Origin: a virus
Lineage: Duplodnaviria; Caudoviricetes
IMG/VR virus record: IMGVR_UViG_3300036770_005357
Reading direction: 5' to 3' (one strand)
DNA: 64,000 bases
The translations under genes were made by a program, and so were the position numbers. Below the pieces are notes generated by a model. That model was not told the DNA's origin and searched no databases. It was given only the letters and a program-made list of their open reading frames with translations. Of the stretch, positions 58,455 to 64,000 are shown in pieces (the first letter of the stretch is position 1; each line of letters opens with the position of its first letter).

Positions 58455-59360
58455 TCACAAAAGATAATCTTGTAAACTTATTTTAGTAAACAATTTTTTA
58501 ACCTCGTCGTACCGCCAAAATTCACATTTTAAAAAATTAATAATATTAATCATTCGGTTAATATCTTTTTTTCTCAATGATCCATTCGGATAATAATGTC
58601 GGGGTTCATCATATTCAACTACAATATTTTTTTCTACATCATACGCATCTAGCCAATAACCCAATTCTTTTATATAAAATTCACCGCCATTTAAAGCATG
58701 TCTCAGTTTCCATCCATATTCTTTATTAAGTTGTTCAAAATATTCACATGCTTTTAAATTGAAATTTGGACAAATTTTACCATGTTTCATTTCCAACTCT
58801 TGAAGTTTTTTAAGTCTCATTTTAGTTTTGACTTCACTTCTTTTAGCCGGATTTTTGTCGCCTGTAAATTTTCCCTTTAAAGATTCACTAATTTTTATTT
58901 TTGATTCAACATTATGATTTTTTCCATACATCGGATGATTTGGACCTCGCATACCAACCTTACCTAAGTGTTTATTTCTTATTTTTTCTTTTGTTTCATC
59001 TGTATGTTTTTTGCCGTACATAGGATGATTTTTTCCCTTTATTTTTTTACTTATATTATTTCTTTGTTCCGGCGATAAAATTCTTCCTTTGTTTTTTGAA
59101 GAAATTTTATTTTTACTGACACATGTATGATTTTTTCCATGCATGGGGTTGTTTTGACCACTATAATTTCTACACATCATACATTTAGATTTTTTATTAA
59201 TTTGACGGATCATATCAAGTTTAAGACCATATAATTGAATAGATTCACACCCATCACATTTTTTAAAGTATTTTCTAGTATTATTAATTAAAATATACGG
59301 ATAATCTTTTGATCTATCATAAAAACACTCATATACACAATCATTTATAGTAATATTCAT
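58455..59360 (-). mobile_element. Free-standing homing endonuclease: NUMOD3 repeats plus Vsr/EDxHD-like nuclease domain
   Basis: NPMHGKNHT, HPMYGKKHT and HPMYGKNHN repeats; GGEFYI..YWLDAYD..VVEYDEPRH. Confidence 0.85.
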
Positions 59361-59423
59361 AATATAGTTTAGTTATATCAATAGCCATAAATAAATATAA
59401 AACAAAAATACAAAAGTATTATA

Positions 59424-59822
59424 TTAAGCTGAAACTATAGAAAATAGTTTTAATGGAACAACTTTTACCCCAATTTCATTGGTTAGGATGATACAATCCT
59501 TATACAGATCCCAATTTAATTGGTATGATTTATCGTATACACCGCCGTTTTCTTCAGCAATGAGCTTGTTCATAGCATTGAGTGTATATAGTGTATTTGT
59601 TTGTTTTTTACGATGTATACTAATAGTACCTTTATAACGATTATTTTGTTGTCCTTTTAATATATTAAAGGTTAGATATAACTCTTTTAAATTCTTTTCA
59701 TTCACAAAAACAAACAGTTTCCGATCAATTAAATCATATTGATATTTAACTTCGTCTATAACTTGATTGTAATTGGTACTATTAGCAAATGTACACAATA
59801 ATTGTTTTTGTGGTAAATTCAT
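59424..59822 (-). CDS. Conserved phage hypothetical protein
   Basis: KQLLCTF and IHRKKQTNTLYTLNAMN motifs; function not recognised. Confidence 0.7.
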   Translation of the reverse strand: MNLPQKQLLCTFANSTNYNQVIDEVKYQYDLIDRKLFVFVNEKNLKELYLTFNILKGQQNNRYKGTISIHRKKQTNTLYTLNAMNKLIAEENGGVYDKSYQLNWDLYKDCIILTNEIGVKVVPLKLFSIVSA

Positions 59823-59828
59823 GTTATG

Positions 59829-61658
59829 TTAAGATAGTACATCTACAAAACCAGCAAAATTTTTTCCTTCTTTTGCAGTGAAATTAATTAATGTCTTATT
59901 TGTTTTTTTGTTTATTATTTTAATTGTTACTTTACCGGGTTCATTTACAATATCAATGTCAGATAAATCTAATGAAGGATGTTTATCAATTATTTGTGAT
60001 TTTCCAGATTTAACTTGTTTGGTACCTACAAGTGCCATTAAAAACTTAGTTTCAGTATCTTCAAATCCCATTACTTTTAATACATTTTTAATAAATTTAT
60101 CTCTATTTTCGGTTGAAGATGTATAAAAAGATTTTAATTTATTAGCTACTTTTTCAGCTAGATATTGATTAAGAGGATATCTTGCTCTTTCTCTGATGCC
60201 CCTTAAAGCTTCAAGATAATCTTCACTTTCCTTAGCTTTTTTAGCATGCGCTACAGCTAAATTTGCTTCACTTGCATTTTTATTCAATTCTTTGAATTTA
60301 GGATCCGATTTCAATTCTTTCATAAATTGTTCAGCAACATCTTCTCCACATAAATGTTTTACTAAACTATTTTTCGTAGTATTAGCCAAATTAACTTGTT
60401 TCGTTTGGTACATCTTAAGACTATATGCATCAAGAACTTCTTCACCGGATGATTTTTTGACCTTTAATCTTATATCCGCTTTAAATTCTGCGCCTTGCAA
60501 AAATGATTTATTATCAAGAAATATTTGTAATATATTACCTTTGTTTTTACCAACCGAATTTATTATGTAAGATGCCATATCGTTACTAGCCAATGATATG
60601 ACGGATCGGATTTGTTCATACTTACTACCGGCAGCTTTTCTTAATTTTGCATCCCAATCATTTACAGTAGTTTCTACTTCGGGTATATATCGTTTACCAT
60701 TTGCGTCTAATTGTACAACTTTAAAAACCAATCCTTCTGTTAATACAACATCAATTGGAGTTTCATTTTTTTCAATTACATATTTAACAGTCAATGCTTC
60801 ATTATAGTTGCCTCTTATAGCTTCTAATGCACCTTCTGTTTTTATAGAATCTGGATTTTCTAAACCAGTGTTGTCTTTAGCAATTGATGATGGAATAGTA
60901 ATATCAGTTTCTTCACCGGGTGATAAATCTGCCATTGAATTATCAACTAAACGACTTACGGTACTTTTAAAATAAGATTTAACTTTATTCCAAGTAGATT
61001 TTAAAATATCACTTACTTTAGTTAAAAGAGATTCATTAGTTACAATTAACGGTTTATTAATTTTTTCATCAAATATTTGTTCGCCAATCAGATTTCCTTC
61101 AGTATCATACCATGTCAAACCTTTGTTGTAAAAACCGTACCTTTTAGCTTCATCTACACTATAGTTTACTAAAGGAGTTTCTCCAGTCAAAATATAATCT
61201 ACGGCATGTGCATCTACTACTTTTTCTTTTGGAGTTCTATCTTCATAACTATCTTCAGACGCATCGTCTGCGTTTTTTGCTAATTCCGTATCTATAGGCA
61301 CACTGCCTTTTGGCTCTTCAGGTTTTTGTTCAATATCAACAGGTGGTTCCGTAAATATGTTTGTTTCACCCTTCTTAGGATTTTCAGCAAAATGAGTACC
61401 CTTATTTATTGCTCTATCACGATATTCTTTGTTTGGAAATGTGACAAGTATACCATCTTTATTATAAGCCTGTCTGTCAGGAAATTTACCAGCTTCAAAT
61501 AATTGTGCGGTTTTATTTACAATTGTTTCAATATCAAAACCAGCGTTTTCAAGATATTCTTGAAGCACAAAAACATGATCTGCGTTTTTCAGATCTATAA
61601 CACCATTTTTAATACGGTTATCGCAACATACATCATTTAATACGGATTTAAAGTTCAT
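59829..61658 (-). CDS. Large hypothetical protein with possible C-terminal PD-(D/E)XK-like domain
   Basis: 609 aa; NYNEALTV ... FKADIRLKV ... AYSLKMY. Confidence 0.55.
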   Translation of the reverse strand: MNFKSVLNDVCCDNRIKNGVIDLKNADHVFVLQEYLENAGFDIETIVNKTAQLFEAGKFPDRQAYNKDGILVTFPNKEYRDRAINKGTHFAENPKKGETNIFTEPPVDIEQKPEEPKGSVPIDTELAKNADDASEDSYEDRTPKEKVVDAHAVDYILTGETPLVNYSVDEAKRYGFYNKGLTWYDTEGNLIGEQIFDEKINKPLIVTNESLLTKVSDILKSTWNKVKSYFKSTVSRLVDNSMADLSPGEETDITIPSSIAKDNTGLENPDSIKTEGALEAIRGNYNEALTVKYVIEKNETPIDVVLTEGLVFKVVQLDANGKRYIPEVETTVNDWDAKLRKAAGSKYEQIRSVISLASNDMASYIINSVGKNKGNILQIFLDNKSFLQGAEFKADIRLKVKKSSGEEVLDAYSLKMYQTKQVNLANTTKNSLVKHLCGEDVAEQFMKELKSDPKFKELNKNASEANLAVAHAKKAKESEDYLEALRGIRERARYPLNQYLAEKVANKLKSFYTSSTENRDKFIKNVLKVMGFEDTETKFLMALVGTKQVKSGKSQIIDKHPSLDLSDIDIVNEPGKVTIKIINKKTNKTLINFTAKEGKNFAGFVDVLS

Positions 61659-61686
61659 TTAGTATAAATTATAAATATAAATATAT

Positions 61687-62967
61687 TTAAACTAATACTA
61701 AATCATTGTAATTCTTTCCTTTGTAAACCTTTACCTTAAATCGTTTATTCTTAATAATTTCTATCAAATCAACTATTTCAGATTCTTCTACATTGCCCAC
61801 ATCAAACAATATAGCGTCATAATTGTACAATATAGGAAGTATTTCTTTACCACTTACATATTTCAAACAAGCATTCAATCTATCAATACCATACTCAGTT
61901 TCAGTAGCTTGTATGATATATGCAAACAGTTTATTTTTATTTGCGTCTACGATGTGTTTATTTGATATCTTACGCTTATAAATCGGAGTGGTTACATAAC
62001 CTCTAGATTCAAACTTTTGCCAATATTCATCCTTAAGTTTCTCAACAGCAGCAAAATATGGTATATCACAATACTGTTTAGGTATTTGACCATATAGGTT
62101 TACCATCGTAAGTTTCTTACTTTTACCCAATAATTCAGCACTTACAGTATCGGTTTTATAATAGTATTTAGCTAAATGTTCGTATATCGTCTGGTTATCC
62201 GGTACTTTATAATCTACCAGATTAGCAACAATATATGGATGAAATCCCGTGAAATCCACCATCAGTAGATGACCGTTTTCATATCTAGATACAAAACTAG
62301 CTCTAGACCCATCATCCTTCTTAAGTGCTACATAATTTACACCGTCATAACAGTTACTAGGTCTACCGGTTGGATTATAGATATGATAGTCGGTATATAC
62401 AAAATTCTTGTATGTTCGTGCTTCAAAGTACTTATCGTATACATCTTTATCAATCTTTATACCATTCTTTTCCACTTGATAAAGCGTTTCACTAATAACA
62501 TTATTGAAGAATTTGAAACAATAAGTGTCCGTTTTATATTCACCCAAGTCTTTTACTTGTTCCACTTCAGTATCAAAGATTTTCTGATGAACTGCATATG
62601 GCAATATCAAATTAAAATCTTTTATATTACGATTTGATATCAAAAATGTATTCTTGCATAAATCATCAGGTTCATCTATTACTTCATTGTTTCTAATGAA
62701 ACTAAACAGATTTACATCAATTAACTCACAATTCAACCAATACTTATAGGTCTTCTTATTGTTTACATAAACAGTTTTATCACTCAATGAGTTTTTGAAT
62801 TCTTCAAATGTACAATCACTTGGCAAATCTGTGTGGGTAAAATTGATATAATTCTTATCACCGGTTGTATAATCATAAACAAATGCAGCAATAGGTTTAT
62901 TGCACACATTATGACGATTTATGTCTTGTGTGATAAGTTTTAAATATATCTTATTGGATAACCGCAC
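61687..62967 (-). CDS. Divergent family A DNA polymerase-like protein
   Basis: NPTGRPS, motif A DFTGFHP, motif B KKLTMVNLYG, IQATET, motif C YNYDAILFD; GTG start. Confidence 0.8.
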   Translation of the reverse strand: MRLSNKIYLKLITQDINRHNVCNKPIAAFVYDYTTGDKNYINFTHTDLPSDCTFEEFKNSLSDKTVYVNNKKTYKYWLNCELIDVNLFSFIRNNEVIDEPDDLCKNTFLISNRNIKDFNLILPYAVHQKIFDTEVEQVKDLGEYKTDTYCFKFFNNVISETLYQVEKNGIKIDKDVYDKYFEARTYKNFVYTDYHIYNPTGRPSNCYDGVNYVALKKDDGSRASFVSRYENGHLLMVDFTGFHPYIVANLVDYKVPDNQTIYEHLAKYYYKTDTVSAELLGKSKKLTMVNLYGQIPKQYCDIPYFAAVEKLKDEYWQKFESRGYVTTPIYKRKISNKHIVDANKNKLFAYIIQATETEYGIDRLNACLKYVSGKEILPILYNYDAILFDVGNVEESEIVDLIEIIKNKRFKVKVYKGKNYNDLVLV

Positions 62968-62973
62968 AATATA

Positions 62974-63002
62974 ACACTACACCAAAACAAATTATTTGTC
63001 AA
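62974..63002 (-). promoter_or_regulatory. Sigma70-like promoter, apparently leaderless
   Basis: TTGACA-17-TAGTGT, ending 6 nt before the GTG start. Confidence 0.65.
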
Positions 63003-63388
63003 CTCGGTTTATAAAACTGGGTGTAGTTTGTAAAAATATCTTTGACACCCGGAATTTCACTACTGACATCATTTACTTGTTTACGGTTAAAATCAACAAC
63101 TCCTTGTTGTATCAACATATTTCCTTGATATTTGTTGTTCAAAGTACCTGTTATTTTCCATCTAAACTTTATTTTTTTATACAGAACGGTAGAGACAAAA
63201 CTATAATTGTCTTTTGAGACTTCAATTATTTCATTTGAATTAATTCTACCTACGACATAACGGTCTATGAATCCGATTCTATAATCATTTTGATTGGGTT
63301 GTGGCAAAAACGCTATAGGTAGATTTAGATTAAAATCGCCCAGATCTAATTTCATTTTTACAGAATCAGATGTATCTTTTATGTTCAT
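62999..63388 (-). CDS. Hypothetical protein, probably virion/baseplate-associated
   Basis: PQPNQNDYRIGFIDRY and RWKITG motifs; coupled to the upstream hub-like gene. Confidence 0.5.
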   Translation of the reverse strand: MNIKDTSDSVKMKLDLGDFNLNLPIAFLPQPNQNDYRIGFIDRYVVGRINSNEIIEVSKDNYSFVSTVLYKKIKFRWKITGTLNNKYQGNMLIQQGVVDFNRKQVNDVSSEIPGVKDIFTNYTQFYKPS

Positions 63389-64000
63389 AATGGCACTAAT
63401 TCAATATCTTGACCAGCTACACATCTAGCTAAACAACCAACAACTGTTTCCCACTTACCACCGCCTTCAACTATGTTATGTGTTACATCTGTTATCATAA
63501 ACAAAACATTTTCCGGTATATAAGGTTTTGGTAAGTTGGTTATTCCAAAATGTTGAAACATTCTGAATCCGAATATTCCATCAAATGTAACAGTTATTTG
63601 AAAGTTAGGAGATATACCACTATATAATGGCAAGTTATTTTCAACATCACCGTCATCTATTATTTGAGATAATTTATCTTTTAATTCGGGTGGTAAATTA
63701 AGTTGTTTATAATTTTTATCAGCATTGTCTGGATTTTGACCGTCTTTTACATAAGCACTAGTCATCATCAAAACATTTTCGGATTTACCGTATGTTTGTA
63801 TACCAGCAATAAGTGGATTTTGATCAACTGTTATTTCACTCTTTGAAGGCACTTCATTGCTTTCACCCGTACCGTCATCGGTTGGATTAAATTTTTCTAA
63901 TCTATCAATATAAGAAATTGCGGGTTGACTTGAATTTCTAGCAGACATTGATGTGTCACTATTAATTGGTTTATTTTGTCCCGCTTGAAATAATGTTAAT
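63385..64000 (-). CDS. C-terminal part of a baseplate-hub-like protein (starts beyond the window end)
   Basis: Frame is open from 63948 to 64000; C-terminus TFDGIFGFRMFQHFGITNLP..FMITDVTHNI..WETVV. Confidence 0.55.
   Translation of the reverse strand, partial: LTLFQAGQNKPINSDTSMSARNSSQPAISYIDRLEKFNPTDDGTGESNEVPSKSEITVDQNPLIAGIQTYGKSENVLMMTSAYVKDGQNPDNADKNYKQLNLPPELKDKLSQIIDDGDVENNLPLYSGISPNFQITVTFDGIFGFRMFQHFGITNLPKPYIPENVLFMITDVTHNIVEGGGKWETVVGCLARCVAGQDIELVPL

Noticed and set aside
1-64000. Stop-codon reassignment (as in some large phages)
   Set aside because: Core genes are full length in the standard code and tile densely. The only internal stop seen is a single TAA (20061), not TAG or TGA.
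1-64000. Eukaryotic giant virus (NCLDV) origin, suggested by PolB, RFC-like and GT15/GT34 genes
   Set aside because: The gp32-like SSB, UvsX/RecA, gp41-like helicase, sigma70 promoters, rho-independent terminators and overlapping operons indicate a bacteriophage.

Overview
A 64 kb segment of a very AT-rich, gene-dense, large tailed dsDNA phage with a distantly T4-like replisome, read in the standard genetic code. Core replication and nucleotide genes are PolB, sliding clamp, both clamp-loader subunits, gp32-like SSB, RecA/UvsX, DnaB/gp41-like helicase, 5'-3' exonuclease, a divergent family A polymerase, class II RNR, dUTPase, dNMP kinase and UvsE. These are interleaved with a glycosylation arsenal of about 38 kb (442-38500): roughly 19-20 predicted glycosyltransferases, 9 SAM methyltransferases, 4 nucleotide-sugar enzymes and radical-SAM/SPASM genes. 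The right part carries a repeat-rich fibre-like protein, a DUF4338/DruA-like protein, a MoxR AAA+/VWA-HExxH pair, a terminator-bounded four-gene unit headed by a membrane-anchored PAS protein, a NUMOD3 homing endonuclease and the 3' end of a baseplate-hub-like gene. Visible regulatory features are sigma70-type promoters that often appear leaderless, a recurrent TATTTAT(A/T) motif upstream of probable late genes, a 5x ATATGT operator-like array before an RHH gene, and an AATTA-repeat leader on the SSB gene. No tRNA, rRNA, CRISPR array, intron or intein was seen. All family assignments come from motif recognition by eye, not database searches.
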